Positions 42,752-51,360 of a stretch of DNA of 64,000 nt are shown in pieces. Each line of letters starts with the position of its first letter. Positions within the stretch are counted from its first letter, which is position 1. A model generated the notes under the pieces. It did no database searches. It saw only the letters and a program-made list of their open reading frames with translations, and was not told the origin of the DNA. The DNA is from Candidatus Saccharimonadota bacterium. Its GTDB lineage: Bacteria; Patescibacteriota; Saccharimonadia; Saccharimonadales; SZUA-47. The stretch is from contig CP065013.1 of assembly GCA_016700315.1 (NCBI GenBank), positions 577,449-641,448 of the forward strand, in the 5' to 3' direction. The position numbers were made by a program, and so were the translations under genes.

Positions 42752-42999
42752 TTATATTGGTGGATTAGAACGCCCGACCAAAAAGGTCGGGGTGAGAAAG
42801 TCCAGTGGATCCGCCAGCTGGCGGATCGCAAGGAAACAAACTCTTGAAAACTTGTTTTCAAAGATGTTTTTTCGGGTGAGACGATTCAGTGAATCGTCGC
42901 AAGGACTATTGTCTGATTTCAAACTTGTTTGAAGAAAGACAAAGTCGGGGTCGCTGAAAGTGACCGCCGAAGGTGAGTCGAATCCCTCCCGGGGTACCA
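42752..42999 (+). pseudogene. Composite pseudo-tRNA-Arg(TCT): degenerate 5' part, element E3 (42792-42977), then a perfect 22-nt tRNA 3' end
   Basis: GGTGGATTAGAACG..AAGGTCGGG, then GTGAGAAAGTCC...GGTCGC-TGAAA-GTGACC..GGTGAG, then TCGAATCCCTCCCGGGGTACCA. A second terminator follows at 43000-43039. Confidence 0.65.
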
Positions 43000-43150
43000 A
43001 TAAAAATACCTTAGCTTGTCTAGGGTACTTTTTTTATTGTTTATCTTAACGGATTCGAACACCGGAGCTAAAGAGTTAGATTAAAGTTTTATGTGAGATA
43101 GATTTTGACGGGTTTTGTGCTAACATTTAAGCATAAGCGAGGAGACTAAC

Positions 43151-44491
43151 GTGGACGAAAAACAAGACTTAACTGCTAAAGCAGATAATGTCCAAGCAAG
43201 TAACAGTGATAATAATGAAACTAGTAATCCGGATAACGAGATATCACAATTGGGGCAGCCTTCAACGGCAATTAGTTCAAGTGCATCATCCCCAAAGAAG
43301 TTCAACAAAAGTAAAGTTTATGTGCTGACCTTAATCGGTCTAATTGCCGTAGGGGTTGTGCTGTGGCTATTGGTTTTTAATAATCCCAAAAAAGCCGAAG
43401 CACCAGTTAGTAATGTCACGACAGACACAAATTCTGCACAGGTTACATCTAATCAGCCAGCCCAGAAGAAAATCAGTGCCGATAAAATTATCTATGCATA
43501 TTCAAACTCGGGCGCTAATGACTTGAAGATTTACAGCCGGTCCGCAGGCGGCGGTGACAAGAAGGAGCTTCTCAATTTTACCGCGGGTGAAATCATGGAG
43601 AGCTACAGCGTTCGAGGCCAGAGCATTGCCCTTGCTATTACTGGTGGTAGCCCTAAGGGACTCAAAATAATGTTTAGTTCGGACGGTGGAGTAACCTTCA
43701 AGCCGATCTATCAGAAGGCAAACTCCGAGCTACAGGTAACAAGCTTGATGCTGTCGGACGATGCTACCTCTCTTACAATGGCCTTACTCGAAACGCCAGC
43801 TTCCAAAAATAAAGTCTACGAGGTGCCTCTTGATGGTTCAGGTTCAATAAAAGAGCTATTCACAGCTGCTACAGCGGGAGTAGCGATGTATTCTTACAGC
43901 ACAAAAGCATCGTCAATTGTTTTCTCGGAAGGTTGCTGGAACTGTGATGGCTTCAACAACAAAGAAATATTTTCTTACGATATAAACGCTAAAGCCAGGA
44001 AGTCGCTATATCAATCACCAATCGGTGGCCTTTCTCTAGGAGTAACAAGTGACGGTACTGAAATGATCGTGGCTGAAGGTTCAAAATATACAGGTCCTCC
44101 ATCTGAAGGTTTAGGTGGACCGATTACTCAACCCCCTTACAAATTTATATCTGTCAATATTAAATCTGGGGATAAAAAACAAGTAGGTGAAACCAATGAC
44201 AAAGTCCAGGATGTAGCGTACATCTCTAACGTTCAACCGTATTATGTAAGTGACAAAAAAGTAGTGGAATTAGTTAGCACGCCGGTGACAAAATTTGAAG
44301 CCGATAAACAAATTTCAGAAGCTGCATACGTGTCGGACACGGAAGTAGTCGTAGCGACTGGGGTTGCCGACGCTTATGGATACATAAAAGACTATAGCTT
44401 AAGCACCTTCAAACTAACTGACAAATCAATCATCAAAGTGCTAGAAGGTGATCAGCAAACAACTATTATCGGTGTTACCTCTACAAAATAA
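43151..44491 (+). CDS. Membrane-anchored extracytoplasmic hypothetical protein
   Basis: 446 aa with a GTG start. Low-complexity N-terminus, one TM helix (VYVLTLIGLIAVGVVLWLLVF), and a beta-rich C-terminal region. Confidence 0.65.
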   Translation: MDEKQDLTAKADNVQASNSDNNETSNPDNEISQLGQPSTAISSSASSPKKFNKSKVYVLTLIGLIAVGVVLWLLVFNNPKKAEAPVSNVTTDTNSAQVTSNQPAQKKISADKIIYAYSNSGANDLKIYSRSAGGGDKKELLNFTAGEIMESYSVRGQSIALAITGGSPKGLKIMFSSDGGVTFKPIYQKANSELQVTSLMLSDDATSLTMALLETPASKNKVYEVPLDGSGSIKELFTAATAGVAMYSYSTKASSIVFSEGCWNCDGFNNKEIFSYDINAKARKSLYQSPIGGLSLGVTSDGTEMIVAEGSKYTGPPSEGLGGPITQPPYKFISVNIKSGDKKQVGETNDKVQDVAYISNVQPYYVSDKKVVELVSTPVTKFEADKQISEAAYVSDTEVVVATGVADAYGYIKDYSLSTFKLTDKSIIKVLEGDQQTTIIGVTSTK

Positions 44492-44831
44492 CAATGCAAG
44501 ACCCTACCAAATTTTGACCACTTGATTGGCAAAATTTAGGTAGGGTTGGAGTTGATTCACTGGCATTAGCCAGTGCTGCTATCTTCAAGGGGGTCCCCAA
44601 ACAATTCCGATTGTTTGGGGTAGAGGAGGAACAATGCAAGACCCTACCAAATTTTGACCACTTGATTGGCAAAATTTAGGTAGGGTTGGAGTTGATTCAC
44701 TGGCATTAGCCAGTCTGCTACAGGGGTCCCCAAACAATTCCGATTGTTTGGGGTAGAGGAGGAACAATGCAAGACCCTACCAAATTTTGACCACTTGATT
44801 GGCAAAATTTAGGTAGGGTTGGAGTTGATTC
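44490..44831. repeat. Tandem repeat of 140 + 133 + 69 (partial) bp, abutting the 3' end of tRNA-Gly
   Basis: The unit AACAATGCAAGACCCTACCAAATTTTGACCACTTGATTGGCAAAATTTAGGTAGGGTTGGAGTTGATTC... recurs at 44490, 44630 and 44763. Each full unit carries the hairpin CCCCAAACAA-TTCCGA-TTGTTTGGGG. Confidence 0.92.
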
Positions 44832-44836
44832 CGACG

Positions 44837-44911
44837 TGGTGCGGGTAGAGAGAATCGAACTCTCCTCTCAAGTTTGGAAAACTTGCATTCTAGCCGATGA
44901 ACTACACCCGC
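44837..44911 (-). tRNA. tRNA-Gly (anticodon TCC), CCA encoded
   Basis: Hand-folded: acceptor GCGGGTG/TACCCGC, anticodon loop TTTCCAA, T arm GAGAG-TTCGATT-CTCTC. Confidence 0.93.
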
Positions 44912-44947
44912 AACAGAGGTAATTATAGCACTATAAATTTGTCTTTT

Positions 44948-46477
44948 CTAGCTTATATCACTTTGAATGGTGATTCTTGCTCCCAAAGAGTTTAGTCTGG
45001 AGGCTAAATCTTCGTAACCACGATTTATGGTGTATATATTTCTAAGAGTGGATTTTCCTGGCGCTGCCAACATTCCGATCAATAGCATTACGGCTGGACG
45101 AATCCCGCTAGGACAGACAACATCACCCGCTCGCCAACGAGTTGGGCCATTGACGTAAACCCGGTGAGGATCCGCCAACTCAAGCTCGACACCAATCTTT
45201 TTGATCTCGGTAAACATTAGGGCTCGGTCTTCGTAGACCCAGTCGTGTATCAATGTGCGGCCGTTTGCCACAGCGCAAATGGGGACGAAATACGGCAAGT
45301 TGTCTATATTCAATCCTGTGCTAGGAAGCGGGTGTATTTTCTCGCCGGGCGCTTTGAGCTTGCCGCCGTGTTTATATATTTTTATATCCGCGAGATTGGT
45401 ATAGCCGTTTTCGGCTTTATAAGCGGACAAAACCTCATATTTTAGCCCCATTTTTTCAAGTTTTAGCATCTCTAATTCTAGAAAATCGATAGGTGAGCGC
45501 TTGATAGTTACCGAAGAGTCGGTGGTGATAGCTGCGGCGATGAAAGTCATGGCTTCAACAGGATCTTCGCTAGGAGAGTACGAAATGTTTTTCTTGATAT
45601 ATTTATGACCATGAACACGCAGTGTTGGTGTGCCTATTCCGTCTATGCGAACACCAAGTCTCTGTAGGAATAGGCAGGTGTCTTGCACCATGTAGTTGCT
45701 GCTGGCGAGTTTAATAACAGTTTCGCCTTCAAAAGTGGCTGCTGCAATCAGAGCGTTTTCGGTAGTAGTGTCACCCGTTTCGTAAAGAACTATGTCCCGG
45801 TTTGGTAAATGCATTTTCCCGCTGATTTGATAATGTCCGGTTTTTGCTTCGATCTTTGCGCCAAACTCCTCGAGGGCATAGATATGGGGTAGAACCGTTC
45901 TTTTACCTAGCTCACAACCGCCTGCATAAGGAATCCTAAGATTGGGGTATTCACGCATAAGCGCACCGACGAACATAATAACCGTTCGAGTCTTACGCGC
46001 TGCATTTTCGTTCATTTTGTCGAGCAGTAGTTTTTGGGGGCGGCGGATTTCTAGGTCGTTGCCGGGCAGCCATTTAATTTGTACGCCTATACTCTGCAGA
46101 ACTTCTATAATTCGGTTTACTTCCTCGATCCTAGCCACCGATTTGAGTTTGGTAACACCGTAATTGATTAGACTGGCACAGAGAATAGCTACCGCAGCGT
46201 TTTTGCTAGTTTTGACAGTTATCTCACCTTTTAGTTCGTGGCCACCTTCTATTTTGAGATTGATCGCACCGCTGGTCTCTACTTTGACGAGTGGTTTTTG
46301 AAGGACTTCACTGATGCGAGCTAACATGTCTAGAGAGAGGTTCTGCTTTCCCTTCTCGATACGATTAACCGCTGACTGGCTGGTGCCAAGTGCTTCGGCA
46401 AAAGCAGTCTGTGTCATCTCACGTTCTTGCCTTAGGTTGGTAATTAGTTGTCCGATTTTTTGGTTTGTGTCATTCAT
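44948..46477 (-). CDS. murA: XRE-type HTH domain fused to UDP-N-acetylglucosamine 1-carboxyvinyltransferase (MurA)
   Basis: 509 aa. The first 65 aa or so form an XRE HTH (MTQTAFAEALGTSQSAVNRIEKGKQN). The rest has the MurA/EPSP-synthase fold with YAGGCELGKRTV (active-site Cys loop). Confidence 0.85.
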   Translation of the reverse strand: MNDTNQKIGQLITNLRQEREMTQTAFAEALGTSQSAVNRIEKGKQNLSLDMLARISEVLQKPLVKVETSGAINLKIEGGHELKGEITVKTSKNAAVAILCASLINYGVTKLKSVARIEEVNRIIEVLQSIGVQIKWLPGNDLEIRRPQKLLLDKMNENAARKTRTVIMFVGALMREYPNLRIPYAGGCELGKRTVLPHIYALEEFGAKIEAKTGHYQISGKMHLPNRDIVLYETGDTTTENALIAAATFEGETVIKLASSNYMVQDTCLFLQRLGVRIDGIGTPTLRVHGHKYIKKNISYSPSEDPVEAMTFIAAAITTDSSVTIKRSPIDFLELEMLKLEKMGLKYEVLSAYKAENGYTNLADIKIYKHGGKLKAPGEKIHPLPSTGLNIDNLPYFVPICAVANGRTLIHDWVYEDRALMFTEIKKIGVELELADPHRVYVNGPTRWRAGDVVCPSGIRPAVMLLIGMLAAPGKSTLRNIYTINRGYEDLASRLNSLGARITIQSDIS

Positions 46478-46510
46478 AATGGGTCAATTATATCACAAAG
46501 AGTATAAAAT

Positions 46511-46599
46511 TAGTAGTTAGTAGTTAGTAGTTAGTAGTTAGTAGTTAGTAGTTAGTAGTTAGTAGTTAGTAGTTAGTAGTTAGTAGTTAGTAGTTAGTA
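46511..46599. repeat. Heptanucleotide microsatellite (TAGTAGT), about 12.7 copies
   Basis: Read directly. It starts 34 bp upstream of the HTH-murA start codon. Confidence 0.95.
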
Positions 46600-46631
46600 T
46601 CATGTATAAAGTATGAACTCGCACCTAGAGC

Positions 46632-46808
46632 CTAATCACTCTAACCTCTAACCTATAACCTAATCCTGCCTCTTGGCTCTTCCATAGACCTTAAACTATA
46701 AACTATCAATCTGAGCCCGCACTCTTTCCTTAATCCTTAATCAACTTTCCACAACCCCATATGTTCTTCAAAGCTTTAGTAAAGAAGGATTGTCCATTGT
46801 CCATTGTC
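46632..46808. repeat. Series of short degenerate heptamer arrays (CTAACCT x3, TAAACTA x2-3, CCTTAAT x2, ATTGTCC x3)
   Basis: Blocks at 46641-46668, 46692-46712, 46728-46741 and 46788-46808. The last block ends 3 nt before TATAAT at 46812-46817, upstream of glyA. Confidence 0.8.
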
Positions 46809-46883
46809 CATCTATAATATGCTTATGATCTGACACAAGTGGGAGACCGGTTATATTAATTTTTACGTTTAGGAGGGTACCCC

Positions 46884-48149
46884 ATGGCTAATGTAGACAA
46901 AAAAATTGAAGAATTAATCAAAAAAGAAATTGCTCGTCAGACAGACGGGCTAGAAATGATACCTAGCGAGAACCACACGTCAGCAGCGGTTCTGAACGCA
47001 CTTGGTTCGCGCCTAACTGACAAATATTCTGAGGGCTACCCTGGAATGCGCTACTACGGTGGTTGTCAGGTTGTAGACGAAGTAGAGAATCTAGCGCGCG
47101 ATCTTGCTAAAGAATTATTTGGTTCAACCCATGCAAACGTACAAGCTCACTCTGGTTGCCCAGCAAATCTAATAACCTATTATGCAATTATGGATCCGGG
47201 TGATACGCTAATGGGCCTTAGCCTGACTCACGGCGGCCATATGACTCACGGTTTGAAGCTGAACTTTTCGAGCACTTTTTACAATAGTGTTCAGTATCAC
47301 ACCGACAAAAACGGCTACGTCGATATTGACGAAATGTACAAACTAGCTCGTGAGCATAAGCCAAAAGTAATTATGACTGGTGGTAGCGCCTATGCTCGTG
47401 TTTACGAATGGGCCAAGTATAAAGAAGTTGCTGATGCCGTTGGCGCCTGGATGATTGCCGATATGAGCCATGTCGCCGGGCTAGTAGCCGGCGGTGTTTA
47501 CCCAAGTCCGGTTGGTATAGCCGATGTCGTGACAACGACTACCCACAAGACACTTCGCGGGCCGCGTGGTGCACTGATACTTTGTAACGGAAATCCAAGC
47601 AATCCACTCAAAAAACCTGAGCGGACTAGGGAAAACCTACCCAGCCTCATTGATCGAGCGCTGATACCTGGGTTACAGGGAGGTCCGCACAATCACCAGA
47701 CTGCTGCGATTGCAGTTGCACTAGGCGAGGCTTTGCAGCCAGAGTTTAAAACCTATGCAAAACAAGTGGTAAAAAACGCCAAAAAACTGGCCGACATACT
47801 CCAATCTAAAGGTTTTGAGCTGGTGACAGGCGGAACTGACTCACACTTGCTTTTGCTTGATCTGACAAATAAAAATATCAGCGGAAAAGACGCCGAAAAA
47901 GCTTTGAGTAAAGCGGGTATAACGGTTAACAAAAATACTATCCCGTATGATCCAAGAAGCCCGTTTGATCCGAGTGGTATCAGGCTAGGTACTCCTGCGC
48001 TAACTACGCGCGGTATGAAAGAGGCTGAAATGGAGTTGGTTGCAGGCTGGATCCAGCAAGCAGTCGAGAATGCTGATGACGAAACGCTACTAAAAAATCT
48101 ACATCAACAAATCACGGCTTTTGCAGCGGGTTTTCCTCTGCCGAACTAG
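46884..48149 (+). CDS. glyA: Serine hydroxymethyltransferase
   Basis: 421 aa. The PLP-lysine region TTTTHKTLRGPRG is present. AGGAGG Shine-Dalgarno upstream. Confidence 0.97.
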   Translation: MANVDKKIEELIKKEIARQTDGLEMIPSENHTSAAVLNALGSRLTDKYSEGYPGMRYYGGCQVVDEVENLARDLAKELFGSTHANVQAHSGCPANLITYYAIMDPGDTLMGLSLTHGGHMTHGLKLNFSSTFYNSVQYHTDKNGYVDIDEMYKLAREHKPKVIMTGGSAYARVYEWAKYKEVADAVGAWMIADMSHVAGLVAGGVYPSPVGIADVVTTTTHKTLRGPRGALILCNGNPSNPLKKPERTRENLPSLIDRALIPGLQGGPHNHQTAAIAVALGEALQPEFKTYAKQVVKNAKKLADILQSKGFELVTGGTDSHLLLLDLTNKNISGKDAEKALSKAGITVNKNTIPYDPRSPFDPSGIRLGTPALTTRGMKEAEMELVAGWIQQAVENADDETLLKNLHQQITAFAAGFPLPN

Positions 48150-48822
48150 GTCCCCAGAGGTTTATTGGATTACCTAAAATGGAATCTTTTGGTGAAAAGT
48201 AAAGGTTAAAAACCGCCCTTACATTTGCACCAAGTTCGCGGATTGTCTGACTAACTCGCGCTTTGTCACTTTTTGAGGCATAGCCGTAAGCTTCAATACC
48301 GAACGCACGGCATAGGTAGATTGCACGTGCTAAATGCGTCCGCTGTGAAATCAGAACTGCTTTGGTGACGCCGAATATTTTTCGAGCTCGTTCGCAAGAT
48401 TCAAAGGTTGAAAAACCCGCAAAATCTGGCTGTAAGACATCATCTGGAATTTGGTAAGTTTGGTCAAGGTATTTATACATTGCCTGAGGTTCGTTGTAGT
48501 CGGCGAAGCGGTTATCGCCACTGACAATTATTTTGTCAATTTTGCCAGACAAATATAGTTCGGCGGCGGCGTCTAGCCTGTCACGCAGTAGCGGGCTTGG
48601 TCGACTATCGTATACTCCTGCACCAAAGACGATTGCTACTCTTTTTTCAGTCAGTTTGTTTCCAACATCACTGGGTGTGCTTAAGATGAATTTGTCATTT
48701 TGTCCAACAATGATCGCTGAGGCTGTGACCAAAAGCACCACGGCAAAAAAACAATAACTAATAACCACTAGGCCGATGCTAGAGCGTTTACTAAGCGTTG
48801 GTTTTTCAAATTTCATACTCAA
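48112..48822 (-). CDS. SanA/YdcF (DUF218) family protein
   Basis: 236 aa. N-terminal TM helix, then VAIVFGAGV...PSPLLRDRLDAAAELYLSGKIDKIIVSGDN. The 3' end overlaps the glyA 3' end by 38 nt (convergent genes). Confidence 0.65.
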   Translation of the reverse strand: MSMKFEKPTLSKRSSIGLVVISYCFFAVVLLVTASAIIVGQNDKFILSTPSDVGNKLTEKRVAIVFGAGVYDSRPSPLLRDRLDAAAELYLSGKIDKIIVSGDNRFADYNEPQAMYKYLDQTYQIPDDVLQPDFAGFSTFESCERARKIFGVTKAVLISQRTHLARAIYLCRAFGIEAYGYASKSDKARVSQTIRELGANVRAVFNLYFSPKDSILGNPINLWGPSSAEENPLQKP

Positions 48823-48824
48823 GT

Positions 48825-49841
48825 CTATGGGACCAGTTCTGGTTCTTGGACTAAGTGCACATCAAATTTATGCCGGACGGTATCGACTATTCGGTCTCTA
48901 AATAATAATAGATCGCTAGTGCTTTTGGCTTTTTCATTAACCAAAACCAGAGGCTGTGAGGCCCATGTTGCCATACCAGTTTTAGGATCATGAAAATCCT
49001 TTAGACCTGCCTGGTCAATCAACCAAGCGGCAGACAATTTTACATTATTGTCATCAACGGGCCAGGAGGGCATAGTAGGGAACTCAGCTTTTAGTGCTTC
49101 GGCCTTTGTTCTGCTAACGATAGGATTAGCAAAAAACGAGCCATTGTTGGCGACTTTTGCGGGATCAGGCAGTTTTGATGAACGTATCGCGATTACTGCC
49201 TGTCTTATCTCTAGGGCTGATGGAGTCCTTATGCTTTTGGCGTTAAGGTAATCTTGTAGCGCAGGGTAAAATGGTGGGCGTGGTTCTTGCCGCGAAAGCC
49301 CAAAGGTCAGCTCCAGTATTATATAGCGGTTTTTTTGTGATGTTTTAAAAATGCTAGATCGATAAGCAAGTTCGCAGTCTTGATTTTGCAGGCAGACAAT
49401 CTTGTTTGTAGTGGTGTCGATAGCACTGAGCTCAATTAAGCTATGACTAATCTCGCTGCCGTAGGCCCCGACATTTTGGACTGGTGTGGCGCCGGCAGAG
49501 CCTGGTATTAGACTTAAAAATTCTAGGCCCGATAGGCCATTTTCAACAGAGTAGGCTACTGCCTCATCCCAGTTTTCACCAGCCGCTACTACTAGCTTAT
49601 TACCCTCGATTCTTTTACCTACGATATGGTTGATAATCACTAGTCCGTCAAAACCAGAGTCTTGCCACACAATGTTACTGCCACAACCAATTACGATGAA
49701 TTTTAATTCCTGGCTTTGAGCAAACTGCAAGGCCTCGATTACTTGATCAGCTGTCTGTATTTCCGTCAAAAAACGGGCGCGACCACCGAGCCGCATGGTG
49801 CTATACATAGCTAGGCTTATGTTTTCTTGAATATCTATCAC
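48825..49841 (-). CDS. murB: UDP-N-acetylenolpyruvoylglucosamine reductase
   Basis: 338 aa. Has an FAD-binding PCMH domain (TMRLGG...GCGSNIVW) and a MurB C-terminal domain. Confidence 0.9.
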   Translation of the reverse strand: MIDIQENISLAMYSTMRLGGRARFLTEIQTADQVIEALQFAQSQELKFIVIGCGSNIVWQDSGFDGLVIINHIVGKRIEGNKLVVAAGENWDEAVAYSVENGLSGLEFLSLIPGSAGATPVQNVGAYGSEISHSLIELSAIDTTTNKIVCLQNQDCELAYRSSIFKTSQKNRYIILELTFGLSRQEPRPPFYPALQDYLNAKSIRTPSALEIRQAVIAIRSSKLPDPAKVANNGSFFANPIVSRTKAEALKAEFPTMPSWPVDDNNVKLSAAWLIDQAGLKDFHDPKTGMATWASQPLVLVNEKAKSTSDLLLFRDRIVDTVRHKFDVHLVQEPELVP

Positions 49842-49876
49842 TTAAACATTATACCTAATGTGTTAAACTATGACTT

Positions 49877-50437
49877 ATGGGAAAAGATAAACCGCAGTTA
49901 GCTAGACTAGGCGAACTTATCAAATCTTTGAGGGAACAGGCAAATGAGACATTGTCTGATGTGTCCGATGCAATTGAAGTTGAAGAGGCCGAGATTGCCA
50001 AGTTAGAGAAGGGTGAGTTGAGGCCTGCAGAGGAAACACTGGATCTTTTAATCGGTCATTTTTCGCCTGCTCAGTCTGAAGAAGACAAAATCTGGGAACT
50101 GGCCGGGTTCAACGATTCACCTAAAGAATCAGATCAGAACATTCCTCATATGCAGATGATGACAATGACTCTTCTTCCTTTTGACCCTAGGATTGTCTAT
50201 AGCGATATGGTTCAAGTTTCAGTCAACAATCATGGGGTAGTCATGAACTTTATGCAGGTTGGTGGCTCTTTGGGGCCGAACAAACAACCGGTCGCTATTG
50301 CTCGGATTGGCATGAGCTTAGAGCATGCCAAAAGTGTAGTCAAGCTCTTAAGTAGCGCCATTGAGTCTAGTGAGCGAGGACCGCGACTTCTGGAAGGTGG
50401 TGCTACTACTGATCCAGGAGCAAGCAAAAAAAGTTGA
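49877..50437 (+). CDS. HTH (XRE-like) plus DUF3467-like protein
   Basis: 186 aa. N-terminus LGELIKSLREQANETLSDVSDAI...LEKGE. C-terminus VYSDMVQVSVNNHGVVMNFMQ...IARIGMSLEHAKSVVKLL. Confidence 0.5.
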   Translation: MGKDKPQLARLGELIKSLREQANETLSDVSDAIEVEEAEIAKLEKGELRPAEETLDLLIGHFSPAQSEEDKIWELAGFNDSPKESDQNIPHMQMMTMTLLPFDPRIVYSDMVQVSVNNHGVVMNFMQVGGSLGPNKQPVAIARIGMSLEHAKSVVKLLSSAIESSERGPRLLEGGATTDPGASKKS

Positions 50438-50506
50438 TTTTTCTCTGTTAAACTGCTAGTTTAGTACTAGTATTTCAAGGATTTGTTCTAGAAATTACAC
50501 AATTTT

Positions 50507-50616
50507 GCGAGAGGAATCGCAAAATTAAGAGGAAACGGCTTGGCGGGGGTGCCGGAATTGTTGAGTGAACTTGTTTCGTCAACGGTTCCGGCGCAAGCGC
50601 CATCACCCGTTGACGA
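50507..50616 (+). ncRNA. Highly structured leader directly upstream of tRNA-Lys; possible divergent relative of the GTGAGAA elements
   Basis: Nested stems: GCGA-GAGGAA-TCGC, CCGGAA...TTCCGG, CGTCAACGG...CCGTTGACG and GGCG-CAAG-CGCC. It shares the GGAAAC, ACTTGTTT and CGCAAG motifs with the family. Confidence 0.35.
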
Positions 50617-50693
50617 GGGGCCATAGCTCAGTTGGTTAGAGCATCTGCCTCTTAAGCAGAGTGTCCTGGGTTCAAGTCCCAGTGGCCCCTCCA
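50617..50693 (+). tRNA. tRNA-Lys (anticodon CTT), CCA encoded
   Basis: Hand-folded: acceptor GGGGCCA/TGGCCCC, anticodon loop CTCTTAA, T arm CTGGG-TTCAAGT-CCCAG. Confidence 0.95.
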
Positions 50694-50729
50694 AATAAAA
50701 AACCCAGCATGTCTGGGTTTTTTATTTGG
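50694..50729 (+). terminator. tRNA-Lys terminator hairpin
   Basis: AATAAAAAACCCAG-CATGT-CTGGGTTTTTTATTTGG. Confidence 0.75.
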
Positions 50730-50886
50730 AGGGTCTATAAGCTTCAACCCGGGGCACCCGGTTTCAGAGTGTCATGGGTGAGAAATGCCAGTGGCATTTC
50801 GGAAACGAATCTTCCGACAAAAACTTGTTTTTTGATCGCGAAGTTCGGGGGTCGCGGAACGTGACCAAGTCCCAGTGGCCCCTCCA
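50729..50886 (+). pseudogene. Composite pseudo-tRNA-Lys: degenerate 5' part, minimal element E4 (50778-50865), then a perfect 21-nt tRNA 3' end
   Basis: GAGGGTCTATAAGC..CAGAGTGTCATGG, then GTGAGAAATGCC-AGT-GGCATTTC GGAAAC.. CAAAAA-CTTG-TTTTTTG .. GGTCGC-GGAAC-GTGAC, then CAAGTCCCAGTGGCCCCTCCA. Confidence 0.65.
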
Positions 50887-50892
50887 ACTATC

Positions 50893-51360
50893 TTAGTCTT
50901 TTGTCCAAATTTCGAAATGATAGCTGAGGCCGTTCTCGGCTTTTGGGGCTGAGCTTGATTGAAGCTTGAAAGCCTTTGGTAGCTGTGGGAAGAACTTATC
51001 ACAGCTAAAATCAGCATCGATTCTTGTGATGTATACCTCGTCTGCGTGAGGTAGCGCCAACTCGTAAATCTCTTGGCCGCCAATAACCCAGAGATCGTTA
51101 GTAAAACTATCTATAAACTTTGTCGGATCTTTGATCCAAGTAACTCCAGGTTTTGCGGGTTGAGAACGTCGAGAACAAACGTAGTTATGGCTTTCGGGCA
51201 GAGCTCGGCCGATTGCATTGTGTGTATTGTGGCCTATGATAATACTTGAACCACGGATTCTATTATGAAAATAAGCTAGTTCGTTTGGCAGGCTCCACGG
51301 CATTCGGCCGTCCTTGGCAATGCCGCTTTTACTATCAACTGCCACGATTAGTCTTATCAT
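50893..51360 (-). CDS. folA: Dihydrofolate reductase
   Basis: 155 aa. Starts MIRLIVAVDSKSGIAKDGRMPWSLPNELAYF. Confidence 0.9.
   Translation of the reverse strand: MIRLIVAVDSKSGIAKDGRMPWSLPNELAYFHNRIRGSSIIIGHNTHNAIGRALPESHNYVCSRRSQPAKPGVTWIKDPTKFIDSFTNDLWVIGGQEIYELALPHADEVYITRIDADFSCDKFFPQLPKAFKLQSSSAPKAENGLSYHFEIWTKD

Noticed and set aside
42752-42999. Assignment of the GTGAGAA elements to classical group I tRNA introns
   Set aside because: The insertion points differ (anticodon loop versus T stem/loop), and joining the flanks leaves the T arm one nucleotide short. I could not identify a P3-P7 core or G-binding site by eye. The 5' exon parts are degenerate and lack an acceptor strand. I keep this as one hypothesis only.
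42752-43000. 82-aa and 101-aa minus-strand ORFs (42752..43000 and 54283..54588) sharing an identical peptide. Similar ORFs lie at 53278..53553 and 50772..51083.
   Set aside because: They are translations across tRNA fragments and the GTGAGAA elements (the GFDSP/GFEP strings are antisense T arms). Their identity reflects the 117-nt DNA repeat, not a conserved protein.
44490-44831. Possible CRISPR array
   Set aside because: The repeat period is 133-140 bp and nearly the whole unit is repeated. There are no unique spacers and no cas genes.
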